DNA of 64,000 nucleotides from Candidatus Methylomirabilia bacterium (GCA_046758965.1 JBHIBG010000002.1:76612-140611); one strand, 5' to 3'; shown: positions 11,301-22,409, numbered from the stretch's first letter. Translations and numbers: made by a program. The notes: a model not told the origin generated them from the letters alone.

Positions 11301-11722
11301 TGAGAATAATGGCCTGGCACTCACTCCTGGTGGCCTGGTTGAGCGAGGCATGTCTGCTGGCCGGTCGAGTGGATGAGGCCATTCGACTCGCCGGGCGGGC
11401 CGTTGATCTCTCCCGTGATGACAAGGCACCGGGCTCCCAGGCGTGGGCCCTCCGGCTCCTCGGTGAGATCGCTTCGCACCGTGATCCTGCCGAGGTGGAA
11501 AAGACGGAAGACTATTACCGCCAGGCCATGGCCCTGGCCGACGAACTCGGCATGCGCCCGCTTCTGGCCCGCTGCCGCCTGGGCCTCGGCAAGCTGTACC
11601 GGCGCGCAGGGAACCGCCTGAAGGCTCAGGAGCACTTGACCAGCGCAACCGGGATGCTCCGCGAGATGGACATGGGCTTCTGGCTGGAGCAGGCGGAGCG
11701 AGAACTGAACGACCTGCCGTGA
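8345..11722 (+). CDS. double zinc ribbon + class III nucleotide cyclase + AAA/STAND ATPase + TPR protein
   Basis: Four CxxC pairs; ADLKGS/GDGIMALFG cyclase motifs; GEPGVGKS Walker A, LVFEDLHW Walker B; helical TPR C-terminus. Confidence 0.92.
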   Translation: MKCPRCEAQNPADAVFCEECGSRLEAACPSCGEANRLAAKFCKKCGQPLAQAGAAGPIAAPKFGSPETYTPKHLAEKILTSKSVLEGERKQVTVLLADLKGSMELLADRDPEEARKLLDPVLERMMEAVHRYEGTVNQVMGDGIMALFGAPLAHEDHAVRACYAALAMQEAIRRYTEELRRAQGIEVQIRVGLNSGEVVVRSIGNDLHMDYTAVGQTTHLAARMEQLARPGSIRLTAETLRLAEGFVQVTPLGPVPVKGLEVPIEVYEIIGAGPVRRRLEAAAVRGLTRFVGRDAELDQLRQALEWVAQGHGQVVAVVGEPGVGKSRLFYEFTHSHRMRGWLVLESGSVSYGKATAYLPVMDLLRAYFTIESRDDARKIREKVSGKLLTLDEALTPTLAVFLALLDVPVEDPQWQALDPPQRRRRTLDAVKRLLLRESQVQPLCLVFEDLHWIDSETQVVLDSLIESLPTARILLLANYRPEYQHGWGSKTYYSQLRLDPLPPESCEELLQALLGGDASLQPFRQLLIERTEGNPFFLEESVRTLVETQVLLGERGAYRLAKALPSIQVPATVQAVLAARIDRLPPEEKRLLQSASVIGKDLPFPLLQAIADLSEEALGQGLSHLQAAELLYETSLFPHIEYTFKHALTHEVAYGSLLQEQRRTLHTRITEAIELLYPGRLVEQVDWLAHHALRGEVWDKAMSYLRQAGAKALARSANRESATCFEQALGVLKHLPEGRDTTEQGIDLRFALRNALWPLGELGRILDYLREAETLAEALDDQRRLGRVSSYVTQYFWMTGEPHRALESGQRALAIAANLGDFALQVETNLRLGQAYHALGDYRRAADVLRKNVESLEGDLVYERFGMPGVLSVTSRCVLVWCLAELGEFSEGVTRGEEGVRIAEAVDQPYSLVVAYFGAGLPRLHKGQLQQAVAVLERGLSLCEVANISLWFPRVASALGSAYALSGRIAEALSLLEQAVEKAASMRIMAWHSLLVAWLSEACLLAGRVDEAIRLAGRAVDLSRDDKAPGSQAWALRLLGEIASHRDPAEVEKTEDYYRQAMALADELGMRPLLARCRLGLGKLYRRAGNRLKAQEHLTSATGMLREMDMGFWLEQAERELNDLP

Positions 11723-11746
11723 AGGTGAGTTAGAATAAGGCGCACC

Positions 11747-11989
11747 ATGCGTGTGTCCCGTGACGATCTCAAACGTTTCCTCGACGGGCATCGTGCCGCG
11801 GGCGCCCGTCTTCGCAAAGAGACGCTACGGCGTCTCCCGTCCTTGAGTGTCGACGACGCCCGGGCGGAATACGATTCGCTCTGTCTGGTGTGGGAGAGGT
11901 CCCGGGCTCTCGGCGATGGGAGCGCGCTCGACCGGCGAGCGATTCAGGAGCGCGTCGCCCTTCGGCGCCGCCTTGGCGGCCGGCGGTGA
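11747..11989 (+). CDS. small hypothetical protein, partner of the nucleotidyltransferase
   Basis: 80 aa ORF with GTGA overlap into the next gene. Confidence 0.65.
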   Translation: MRVSRDDLKRFLDGHRAAGARLRKETLRRLPSLSVDDARAEYDSLCLVWERSRALGDGSALDRRAIQERVALRRRLGGRR

Positions 11990-12564
11990 ACCGGCAGTTC
12001 GAAACCGCCTGGCAACTTCACGCCTTCTTGAGCACGCGCGGAATTCCTTATGCGATCATCGGTGGCATCGCCGTCCAGCGCTGGGGCCGGCCGCGTCTGA
12101 CGCGCGACGTCGATCTCACCGTCCTGCTGCCACCCGGGGGCGAGGAAGCGACGCTGCGGGAGATCGTTGCGGCGTTCCCGGCGCGCATCGAGGACGCGGT
12201 GGCATTCGCCCTGGAGCATCGCGTGCTGCCCGTCGACGTGCCGGGGGGCAGCGAGGCCGACCTCAGCCTGGGACTCCCGGGCTACGAGGAGCACCTCATC
12301 GCCCGTACCGTCGCGTACGACCTAGGCGATGGCCGTGAGGTGCGACTCTGCTCCGCCGAGGACCTGATCATCCACAAGGCGCTGGCGGGGCGGCCCCAGG
12401 ACGTGCTCGACATCGAGGGAGTCGTGGCGCGGCACGGGGCCGCTCTCGACATCGTCTACGTGCATCAGTGGCTCGAGGAGCTGGCTCGGCTCGCCGACGA
12501 CCCGGAAGTAGTCGCCCGCTTCGAGCGCATCTGGGCTGAGCGTGCCGACAGAGGGCACACATGA
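11986..12564 (+). CDS. Pol-beta-superfamily nucleotidyltransferase (AbiEii/DUF6036-like)
   Basis: YAIIGGIAV...PRLTRDVDL; EDLIIHKALAGRPQDVLDI. Confidence 0.8.
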   Translation: MNRQFETAWQLHAFLSTRGIPYAIIGGIAVQRWGRPRLTRDVDLTVLLPPGGEEATLREIVAAFPARIEDAVAFALEHRVLPVDVPGGSEADLSLGLPGYEEHLIARTVAYDLGDGREVRLCSAEDLIIHKALAGRPQDVLDIEGVVARHGAALDIVYVHQWLEELARLADDPEVVARFERIWAERADRGHT

Positions 12565-12632
12565 ACTGTCCCCGGTGCCAGCAGGAGAACCGACCGCAGG
12601 CGAAGTTCTGTCTGGAGTGCGCAGCCCCCTCA
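12561..12632 (+). pseudogene. zinc-ribbon N-terminal stub of a cyclase-family gene
   Basis: MNCPRCQQENRPQAKFCLECAAP, then similarity stops. Confidence 0.7.
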
Positions 12633-12678
12633 GTCAGGCGTGCCAGCAAGGATATTCGTCATGAGAATCCGCCTTTGC

Positions 12679-13242
12679 TCAACCACTTGCTGTACGCCCG
12701 GGCAGGGATTCCTTGCGGTTGCTTTCCTCTTGATCCTCGCCGTTCCTCAGATTCACTAAGGCCCAAGACCGCCCGAGGGTAACTGCGATTCCCAGCGCCT
12801 CGGCAATATCCTCGGGGGTTCCTACAAATTCCAGTCCCACCCTGTACTCCTCGTCAACACGCAGGGCTCGGCGAACCACTCCTTGCAGGGTGGCGATCAT
12901 GCTCCTCTCGGGAAGCTTGAAGGAAAGCTCTACGACGTCGCCCGCCGAGAGCTGCATCGCTGTGACGAGGCGACACCCTCCGACGCTCAAGTCCACGATC
13001 TGCCCAGCGGCTCCTTTTTTCGGACCCATTCGAGCAATCTGCGCGGGGATGTCGGTCTCCCAGCGCGGATGCCGTCGCAGGGAGAAGCCTTCCAAATCAA
13101 GCACCGCTTCTAGGGCCCTCACATACCCCTTTTGCCATGCCAGGGTGGTGGGCCCGGGCTCACCCTGCCGATCCAAGTTCTCCAAGACCGCCCGGGCGTG
13201 AACGAGCTTGGCCCGCACGGCCTGTCGCAAGGCAGTCAGCAT
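12679..13242 (-). CDS. PilZ-domain protein with N-terminal 'WQKGYV' module
   Basis: RRHPR (RxxxR) and DLSVGG (DxSxxG) c-di-GMP-binding motifs; GAGGG RBS. Confidence 0.82.
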   Translation of the reverse strand: MLTALRQAVRAKLVHARAVLENLDRQGEPGPTTLAWQKGYVRALEAVLDLEGFSLRRHPRWETDIPAQIARMGPKKGAAGQIVDLSVGGCRLVTAMQLSAGDVVELSFKLPERSMIATLQGVVRRALRVDEEYRVGLEFVGTPEDIAEALGIAVTLGRSWALVNLRNGEDQEESNRKESLPGRTASG

Positions 13243-13357
13243 GTTACCCTCATCTTACGGATTCCCTTGACCGCGCAACCTTGTTGAGCCGGATCACCGA
13301 ACCCACCTCCGTGGCGGGAAGCCAGCAGAGGTGGGTTGAGGATCGTGCGCGGCCGGG

Positions 13358-14512
13358 TCACTCCGTGACCGAAGCCGAGGGGAGCGGCGCCAGGATTATC
13401 TCGATCCGGCGGTTCTGGGCCCTTCCCTCAGAGGTGGTGTTGGGGGCCACGGGCCGATACTCGGCAAATCCGGCGGCGGCCAGCCTCTCAGCCGGGATTT
13501 TCACCTTGTCCCGGAAGTAGCGGGCGACCATGGTGGCCCGGGCAGTTGAGAGCTCCCAGTTCGTGGGGTACTTGACGGCAAGACGTGAGCTGATCGGAAC
13601 GTTGTCCGTATGGCCCTCGACCCGGATCTCCTTGTCCTTGACGTTCTTCAGGATCTCTCCCACCCGCGTCAGGATCGCGCGGCCTCGGGGTCTGATCTCC
13701 GCTCTCCCGGAGTCAAAGAGGATCTTCTCCACCAAGTTCACAGTGAGGAGGTTTTTGTACTGCGTGACCTTGATCTCCCCGGCCTTGATCTCTCTCTGAA
13801 GATCGCTGACCAGCTCATGGTAGGTGGCCCTGAGGTTGGCGATCTCCCGCGCCTTTTCCTCGGTCTCCCTGCGCAGCCTCTCGGCCTCCTGCAGCGCGGC
13901 CTGGTGCTTCTGGTTGAGGTCCGTCACCTCGCCGTCGAGCGACGCGGCCCAGGCGGCGGCGGCCTGGTGCTGCCGGGTGAGGTCTTCCAGCTGACGCTTG
14001 AGCGACGCGGCTCGGGCCTGCCCCTGGTCCCGCCCGGCGGCGGCGGCCTGGTATTTTTGGCTGAGGTCTCTCACCTGACTGTCGAGCGCTCCGGCCCGGG
14101 CGGCGGCGGCCTGGTGCTTCTGGCTGAGGTCTCTCACCTGACCGTCGAGCGCTGCGGCCCGGGCGGCGGCGGCCTGGTGCTTCTGGCTGAGGTCTCTCAC
14201 CTGACCGTCGAGCGCTGCGGCCCGGGCGGCGGCGGCCTGGTGCTGCCGGGTCAGCTCGTTCACCCGATCTTCAAGGGACGCGGCTTGGGCCTCTAGCTCG
14301 TCCCGCTTGGCGCTGAGGATCCGTTCCTCCTGCTCCAGATCCTGTACGCGCCGTGTCAACTCCCTGTTGCGGGCCTCCGCCCGCTTGCGGGCCTCCATCA
14401 GGGCCTCTGCCTCCTGCTCTTTGGCAAGGTATGTCGATTTGCTCACACACCCGGCCAGCACCAGGGAAGCACAGAGCATCGCGCCGAGAACAGTCCGCAG
14501 ATGATGCGTCAT
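13358..14512 (-). CDS. MotB/OmpA-family peptidoglycan-binding lipoprotein with long coiled coil
   Basis: LAGC lipobox; ILFDSGRA, VEGHTDN, NWELSTARA, NRRIEI; AAGGAGG RBS. Confidence 0.88.
   Translation of the reverse strand: MTHHLRTVLGAMLCASLVLAGCVSKSTYLAKEQEAEALMEARKRAEARNRELTRRVQDLEQEERILSAKRDELEAQAASLEDRVNELTRQHQAAAARAAALDGQVRDLSQKHQAAAARAAALDGQVRDLSQKHQAAAARAGALDSQVRDLSQKYQAAAAGRDQGQARAASLKRQLEDLTRQHQAAAAWAASLDGEVTDLNQKHQAALQEAERLRRETEEKAREIANLRATYHELVSDLQREIKAGEIKVTQYKNLLTVNLVEKILFDSGRAEIRPRGRAILTRVGEILKNVKDKEIRVEGHTDNVPISSRLAVKYPTNWELSTARATMVARYFRDKVKIPAERLAAAGFAEYRPVAPNTTSEGRAQNRRIEIILAPLPSASVTE
14038..14243 (-). repeat. 63-bp (21-aa) intragenic tandem repeat, 3 near-identical copies plus degenerate flanking copies
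   Basis: 14101..14163 equals 14164..14226; encodes HQAAAARAAALDGQVRDLSQK. Confidence 0.92.
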
Positions 14513-14774
14513 CGTTTTCCTCCTTCCTGAAGTTGCGCGGCGTTCCTCGCCGCAGCATCCTACGTCGTCCGCTCCGCTCCACAACGGAGCAGCTGCCTGC
14601 AAGCTACCGCTCAGGGGCATTGCGACCCCCCCAAGGCCAGACGATTTCGCGCAGTTAGATTGGGCACCGTGGCGTTACGTGCTGACCCGGTTTCACCCGG
14701 CTGGACCCCGCATCGCGACTGACATGAGGGCATGCCTTCCCTACGTCTTCTCGACTTCCCCTCGCGACGGAGAG

Positions 14775-14788
14775 GCAAGAATCCTGCC
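14775..14788 (-). promoter_or_regulatory. sigma54 -24/-12 promoter (regulon site C)
   Basis: GGCAGGATTCTTGC, GG-N10-GC; identical to 37507..37520. Confidence 0.75.
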
Positions 14789-14901
14789 GACAGTGCGGGG
14801 CGCGAGCTGCCGACTCACTGCCTCGTATTGCCTCGCCGGTGTTGCACTTTGTCTCGCGCTCCGCTCCGCTCCAGAAGAGCACCCATCCCTCCCGGCCCCC
14901 C

Positions 14902-14942
14902 TTTCCAGTCAAATTGTCCAAACGGATGCCACCTTGTCAGGC
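14902..14942 (-). promoter_or_regulatory. conserved 41-bp upstream element (putative enhancer), copy C
   Basis: GCCTGACAAGGTGGCATCCGTTTGGACAATTTGACTGGAAA; 33/41 to the copy at 45743. Confidence 0.75.
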
Positions 14943-15130
14943 GGTGCTGAGGCCTCCGAGAACCTGCGGCCCGGCTCGATGGCTGACCGGAGACGCGGGG
15001 CAGAGTCCAGAGACCTGATCGAGAGCGAATCCCGCTCTTCGGAAGGCCGGACAGTCGAGTTGAGGAGAAGGGATGGTTATGCGGCTTGAGGCGGCGGAGG
15101 CTCAGCCGAAGATATTGCGCTGGCGTCGCG

Positions 15131-15835
15131 TCAATACGTCCCGGGGCGGATCTCGCGATAGAGCCCCTTGAGCTTTTCGACGCTGAAGTCCTCCGCTTGG
15201 CAGGCCTGGATGATCCGGCGCTCCCCGGCCTCCACCTTGGCGACGGCGTCCGGGATCTTGGCGGTGATCTCGGGGGGGATCGACACCACGCCGTGCTGGT
15301 CAAAGTGAAGAAGGTCGCCGGGCCTGACCCAGAGCCCGCCCACCTTCACGGGAAGCCCGAAGTCCACCATGTGGACCCAGGCATGAGAGACCGAGACATG
15401 GGCGGCCGCAAACTGGAAACCCAGGGTTCGCACCTCGTCGAGGTCGCGCACCGAGCCGTCGGTGATCACGCCCACGCATCCCAACGCCTTGTGGATGCTG
15501 GCCTGCACCTCTCCCCACTGGGCCCCCTGGCCGCGGGGGTCGTCCAGGTCATGGACCACCACCACCCGCGGCGCCGGGATGGACAGGATGTACTCCCACC
15601 ACGCGAACGTGCTTGCGCGATGCCCCTCCTGCGGAGCGGACTCAGCCCGGATCAGCGCGGTGACCGCGTGGCCCACGAGCGGACCGACCTCCGGGAACAA
15701 CGCGCGGATCTCGGAGGACATGAATCCCTCGCTCCGCGGCCGAAGCTGGAAGGTCTCGATGGCGTTCGCCACGCTGGGGCTGGTGACCTTCCTCAAGGCG
15801 TTGAGGTTGTGTTCGGTCAGGGGCATGGTCATCAC
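15131..15835 (-). CDS. RraA/HMG aldolase family protein
   Basis: SVANAIE, WGEVQA, ITDGSVRD, GDLLHFDQHGVV. Confidence 0.85.
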   Translation of the reverse strand: MMTMPLTEHNLNALRKVTSPSVANAIETFQLRPRSEGFMSSEIRALFPEVGPLVGHAVTALIRAESAPQEGHRASTFAWWEYILSIPAPRVVVVHDLDDPRGQGAQWGEVQASIHKALGCVGVITDGSVRDLDEVRTLGFQFAAAHVSVSHAWVHMVDFGLPVKVGGLWVRPGDLLHFDQHGVVSIPPEITAKIPDAVAKVEAGERRIIQACQAEDFSVEKLKGLYREIRPGTY

Positions 15836-15900
15836 TCCTGTCGCGCCTGCTTGAGGGCGTGAAGGGTTGGGTCCATGATGCTCGATCCGTTCGACAGGGC

Positions 15901-16548
15901 TCAGATGATTTCCCGAGGCCGCTGGATCATGAGGCGCTCGAGCCGCTCCACCAGAGCCTCCACCTGGGGCATGTTAGGGTTCACGGCCAGCGCCTGCTGA
16001 AAGTGGTCGAGGGCCTGTTCCAGCCGACCGAGGCGGAGGTAGTTCAGGCCGAACCCCGAGAGGGCCCCGAAATGGAGCGGGTTCCGCCTGATCACCTCCT
16101 CGCAGTCCGACAGCGACTTCTCGTACTCGCCGGCCAGGTAGAAGACGGTGGCGCGCTTGTTCCACCCCTCGGCGAAGTCGGGCTTCCTCTCGATGATCAG
16201 CGCGTACGTCTCGATGGCCATCTCGAGGTGGCGCTCATTCATCTGCTTGAGGCCAAGCTGGAAGAGGGCATCCACCTCTGGATCACCTGAACGGCTCCAG
16301 ATCTGCCAGAGCGACTGCTCGGCCAGGCCACGGACAACCGAATCGGCATCTCGCAGGGCCTCCACGAGGAGCGGGACGTCCGCCATCCCGCCGGTTTCCC
16401 CTAGCCAGCTGGCCCCCTGTCGGCGCACCTGCACATCGTTCTGGTTCTTGAGCCAGGCGATGGCGTGTTCTCGGGTGAGGGGCGCTTGAGCCTCTCCAGT
16501 TCCAGCCAGGAGCAGCAGGAGCCCTGCGGCGAAGACCTCCCGCCTCAC
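15901..16548 (-). CDS. exported HEAT + TPR repeat protein
   Basis: Signal peptide; LVEALRDADSVVR; PDFAEGWNKRA, NPLHFGALSG. Confidence 0.85.
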   Translation of the reverse strand: MRREVFAAGLLLLLAGTGEAQAPLTREHAIAWLKNQNDVQVRRQGASWLGETGGMADVPLLVEALRDADSVVRGLAEQSLWQIWSRSGDPEVDALFQLGLKQMNERHLEMAIETYALIIERKPDFAEGWNKRATVFYLAGEYEKSLSDCEEVIRRNPLHFGALSGFGLNYLRLGRLEQALDHFQQALAVNPNMPQVEALVERLERLMIQRPREII

Positions 16549-17528
16549 GGCTTGAAGGCCTCGAGCACGTCGGTGCGGCCGGGGCCGGGGTTGTCAGCCC
16601 CGCCTGGCACGTAGATCCACCCCCCCACGGCCACGGCGCCGATACCGTGGCGCGGTGTGGGCATGGGAGCCTTGGAGGCCCAGCGGTTCGTGGCGGGGTC
16701 GTACATCTCCGTGGCGCTGACGATCCGGAAGGGCAACTCGCCCCCGAAGACAAAGATCCGGCCGGCGAGCGCTACCGCGGCGAGGCCGCCCCGGGCAAGG
16801 GGGAGCGGCGGGCCTGTCCGCCAGCTGTCCGTGGCCGGGTCGTAGATCCCCACATGGTCGTACCTGTCCCCGAAGAAAGACTCCCGACCCCCGAGGGCGT
16901 ACACCTTCCCGTCCAGCCCCACGGCTGCCAGGTGGTGGCGGGCCATTGGCATGGAATTGGCCTGGGTCCAGCGGTCAGCCGCGGGGTCGTAGACCTCGTG
17001 CGCATTGAGGGGCTTCGGCCCCCCGCCTCCGAGCACGTGAATCTTGCCGTTCACAACGGCGGCGGCCAGGGCCCCGCGCGCAGTCGGCATCGACACCCGC
17101 TGCCGCCAGACATTGGTGGCGGGATCATACTCGAAGAGCGTGTCCAGCGGATTCCAGCGGATCCGTCCGGTGAACCCGCCGATCACATAGATCTTCCCGT
17201 TGAGCCCCACGGCAGCGGCGTGGTGCACCGGGATGGGGAGGGGAGCCTTCTCCTCCCAGCTGTTCTTCTTCGGGTCGTAGACCTCCAGAGTCGCCGTGGG
17301 CCTGAATCTCTTGCCGAAGCCGCCGACCACATACACGCGACCCCCGGCCTCAGCAGCGGCAACTTCCTGGCGGGCCGAAGGCATCGAAGCGAGGGCCATC
17401 CAGCTGCCCAGCGCTCCCTCGGGAGTCCCCGCCAGCGTCATCAGGCCGATGCAGCCGCCTAGTCCGGCGACGAGGGCGCCCCCCCAGGCCACGACCCTCA
17501 GCAGCACTCCGCACCTGGCACGCCTCAT
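16545..17528 (-). CDS. Kelch-repeat beta-propeller protein
   Basis: Six repeats of G-x-IYVxGG...YDPxxxxW. Confidence 0.9.
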   Translation of the reverse strand: MRRARCGVLLRVVAWGGALVAGLGGCIGLMTLAGTPEGALGSWMALASMPSARQEVAAAEAGGRVYVVGGFGKRFRPTATLEVYDPKKNSWEEKAPLPIPVHHAAAVGLNGKIYVIGGFTGRIRWNPLDTLFEYDPATNVWRQRVSMPTARGALAAAVVNGKIHVLGGGGPKPLNAHEVYDPAADRWTQANSMPMARHHLAAVGLDGKVYALGGRESFFGDRYDHVGIYDPATDSWRTGPPLPLARGGLAAVALAGRIFVFGGELPFRIVSATEMYDPATNRWASKAPMPTPRHGIGAVAVGGWIYVPGGADNPGPGRTDVLEAFKP

Positions 17529-17550
17529 CTGTTGGTCTCGCGAAGGCCGC

Positions 17551-19575
<2,025 letters not shown>

Positions 19576-19617
19576 CTACCAGTGGAACCCTCCGACGTCA
19601 ATGCCTGGCTGCCGTTC

Positions 19618-19646
19618 TTGACACCCTCCAGCCCCTCCGATACGAT
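19618..19646 (+). promoter_or_regulatory. sigma70-type promoter of pheT operon
   Basis: TTGACA-N17-TACGAT. Confidence 0.7.
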
Positions 19647-19707
19647 GGCCGCGAAAAAGTGGGGAGGTGTCTGCCGAAGACGAGCACGCCCTGAGAGCGT
19701 GACTGCC

Positions 19708-22122
19708 ATGAAGATCTCCTACCGCTGGCTCAAGGAGTACGTCGAGACAGACCTCTCGCCCGAGGCGCTGGCCGATCGCCTGACCAACGCTGGTATCGAG
19801 GTCTCCGAGGTGAGGCCTGTCGTGACCGGGCTCGCCGGCGTGGTGGTGGGAGAGGTCCAGGCCATCGAGAAGGAGCTTGGCGTGACGCCATCCGGTCACC
19901 GGTTGGTCGTCTGCCGAGTCGCCACCGGGACTCGCCACTTCTCGGTGGTCTGCGGGGCGCCAAACGCGGTCGCGGGGGCCAGGGCCGCCTTCGCGCCGCC
20001 CGGGGCAGAGCTTCCCGGCGGTCGACGGGTCGACGCCGTCACGATCCGCGGCGCTCGCTCCGAGGGGATGCTCTGCTCCGAGCGCGAGCTGGGCATCGGT
20101 GAGGACGCCGAAGGCATCCTCCTGTTTCCCAAGAAGACCCCCGTGGGGACCGACTTGATCTCCTACCTCGGCCTGGAGGACTGGATTCTGGAGGTGGAGG
20201 TGACCCCGAACCGTCCGGACTGCCTCTCCGTGGTGGGCGTAGCCCGGGAGGTGGCGGCTCTGGGCGGGGCGCCATTTCGAGTACCAGCCGGAGCCGTCAA
20301 GGAAGGCGAGACCGATGTGGCCTCCCTGGCCTCCGTGGGGGTGGAGGACCCAGATCTCTGCCCTCGCTACACGGCCCGCGTGATCACCGGACTGAGCGTC
20401 GCCCCGTCTCCGCCGTGGCTGGCCCAGCGGCTTCGGGCCGTGGGGCTCCGCCCGATCAACAACCTGGTGGATGTCACGAACTACGTGCTCTGGGAGCTGG
20501 GCCACCCGCTCCACGCCTTCGACTATGACACACTCGCCGAGCATGCGATCCACGTCCGACGAGCGCGCGCCGGGGAGCGACTGACTACGCTGGATGGCCA
20601 GGAGCGGGCCCTCAGCGACTCCATGCTCCTCATCGCCGACCCGAGCCGTCCGATCGGGCTCGCGGGCATTATGGGGGGCGCCAACACGGAAGTCTCCGGA
20701 GGCACGAGGACGGTGCTCCTGGAAAGCGCCTACTTCCAGCCCGTCGCCATCCGGCGGACCGCCCGGGCGCTCGGGCTGACCACGGAGGCCGCGTACCGTT
20801 TCGAGCGCGGCGCCGACATCGAAGGGCTGCGGGATGCGCTGGACCGGGCCGCCCAGCTGATGGCCGAGCTGGGCGGGGGCGCGGTGGCCAAGGGGGTGTT
20901 GGATGTCTACCCCGCTCCCCGCGCCCTCCCGAGGATTGCCCTCCGCTTGGGCCGGATCGAGCGCGTGATCGGGAGCGCGCCCCCACGCAGTGAGGTGATC
21001 CGCATCCTCCAGGGGCTCGGCTTTGCCGTCGACGATCACAGGCCGGAGCTCCAGGTGACGGTGCCGAGCGTCCGGCGCGACATCACGCTCGAAGACGACC
21101 TGGTGGAGGAGGTGATTCGGATCTGGGGATACGCCGAGATCCCCTCAACGCTCCCGGAGGCGCGCCTCTCCCCGGTCCGGCGCCCCCCGACCCTCGGCCA
21201 GCTGGCCCGGGTCCGCCACGCGCTGGCAGGCACCGGCTTCACCGAGGTCATCACCTACAGCTTCGTGGATCCCGAGCGACTCGAGCTCCTCGGCTGGGAT
21301 CCGGCGTCGCCCGAACTCCTCATGCTGAGAAACCCGCTCTCACGGGAGCGCGCCGTGCTCCGCCCCACTCTGGTGGCCGGGCTCCTCGAGCTGGTCGCCG
21401 CTAACCTCCGCTATCAAAGCCCGGAGGTGCGCTGCTTCGAGGTTGGCCGCGTCTTCCATGCTGGCGGTCCTGAAGGACTTGCCCGGGAGGAGCTCAGGGT
21501 CGGGATCGCCCTCACCGGGGCACGCGCGCCCCGTGCCTGGCACGCCAGACGGGATCGGGTCGATCTCTACGACGCCAAAGGCGCCGCCGAGCATCTCCTG
21601 ATGACCCTCGGGGGCGCGGAGCCGGAGACGCGCGCCGCCGAGATGCCCTTCCTCGAACCTGGCCGGAGCGCTGAGCTTCTCCTGGCCGGCGAGCCTGTGG
21701 GGTGGTTCGGTGAGGTGGCGCTGCCCGTTCGCGAGGCCTTCGACCTCCCCGGCCCCGTGTTCATAGCCGACCTGAACCTAGACCGGCTCAGGGGGCTCTC
21801 CCGCCAACCGCGGCGCTACGAGCCGCTTCCGCGATTTCCGGCCGTCCAGCGCGACCTGGCCCTGGTCGTGAGCGAGACAGTGACGGCAGCGGAGGTGACG
21901 CGGGCCCTCGAGGCGCTCCGCGAACCGCTCCTCCGCCGCGTGACGCTCTTCGACGTGTACACCGGCGACCAGGTGGAGCCGGGGCGGAAGAGCCTCGCCT
22001 ATTCCCTCCTCTATCAGGCCGAGGACCGCACCCTCACTGACGAGGAGGTGAACGCGCTCCACGCCGGGATCGTGGAGGGGCTCCGCCGCCGCTTTGCCGC
22101 CGAGCTTCGCGGGGGGACCTGA
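19708..22122 (+). CDS. pheT: phenylalanine--tRNA ligase beta subunit
   Basis: MKISYRWLKEY, VVCGAPN, TPNRPDCLS, RFERG, FDVYTG, RTLTDEEV. Confidence 0.97.
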   Translation: MKISYRWLKEYVETDLSPEALADRLTNAGIEVSEVRPVVTGLAGVVVGEVQAIEKELGVTPSGHRLVVCRVATGTRHFSVVCGAPNAVAGARAAFAPPGAELPGGRRVDAVTIRGARSEGMLCSERELGIGEDAEGILLFPKKTPVGTDLISYLGLEDWILEVEVTPNRPDCLSVVGVAREVAALGGAPFRVPAGAVKEGETDVASLASVGVEDPDLCPRYTARVITGLSVAPSPPWLAQRLRAVGLRPINNLVDVTNYVLWELGHPLHAFDYDTLAEHAIHVRRARAGERLTTLDGQERALSDSMLLIADPSRPIGLAGIMGGANTEVSGGTRTVLLESAYFQPVAIRRTARALGLTTEAAYRFERGADIEGLRDALDRAAQLMAELGGGAVAKGVLDVYPAPRALPRIALRLGRIERVIGSAPPRSEVIRILQGLGFAVDDHRPELQVTVPSVRRDITLEDDLVEEVIRIWGYAEIPSTLPEARLSPVRRPPTLGQLARVRHALAGTGFTEVITYSFVDPERLELLGWDPASPELLMLRNPLSRERAVLRPTLVAGLLELVAANLRYQSPEVRCFEVGRVFHAGGPEGLAREELRVGIALTGARAPRAWHARRDRVDLYDAKGAAEHLLMTLGGAEPETRAAEMPFLEPGRSAELLLAGEPVGWFGEVALPVREAFDLPGPVFIADLNLDRLRGLSRQPRRYEPLPRFPAVQRDLALVVSETVTAAEVTRALEALREPLLRRVTLFDVYTGDQVEPGRKSLAYSLLYQAEDRTLTDEEVNALHAGIVEGLRRRFAAELRGGT

Positions 22123-22409
22123 TGGCCGAGAGACTTGCCGAGCGCCTGGACCAGCTCGAGCAGGCGGTCCGCCGGGCCGCGGAGGCGATCACCCGGCTCA
22201 GGGCCGAGCGGACCCACTCCCAGACCGAGCGGGCCGCCCTTGAGCAGCGACTGGCGGCCCAGGCCCAGGAGCTGGGGACGCTGCGCGCGCAGCTCTCTCA
22301 GCTCGAGGGGGGGCAGGAGGAGCTGTCCCGCCTTCGGCGGGAGCGCAACGAGGTTCTCTCTCGGGTCGAGGGCATCCTGAAGGAGCTGGAGAGGCTAGAC
22401 CTCACATGA
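22122..22409 (+). CDS. coiled-coil protein, ZapB-like
   Basis: 95-aa all-helical coiled coil between pheT and zapA. Confidence 0.65.
   Translation: MAERLAERLDQLEQAVRRAAEAITRLRAERTHSQTERAALEQRLAAQAQELGTLRAQLSQLEGGQEELSRLRRERNEVLSRVEGILKELERLDLT

Noticed and set aside
12701..12716. GGCAGGGATTCCTTGC as a fifth regulon promoter
   Set aside because: GG-GC spacing 2 nt too long; no upstream element or downstream gene
14038..14243. CRISPR array
   Set aside because: Contiguous 63-bp in-frame repeats without spacers; no cas genes in the window
14513..14770. c-di-GMP riboswitch in the long motB-like leader
   Set aside because: No GEMM-type conserved motifs recognisable by eye
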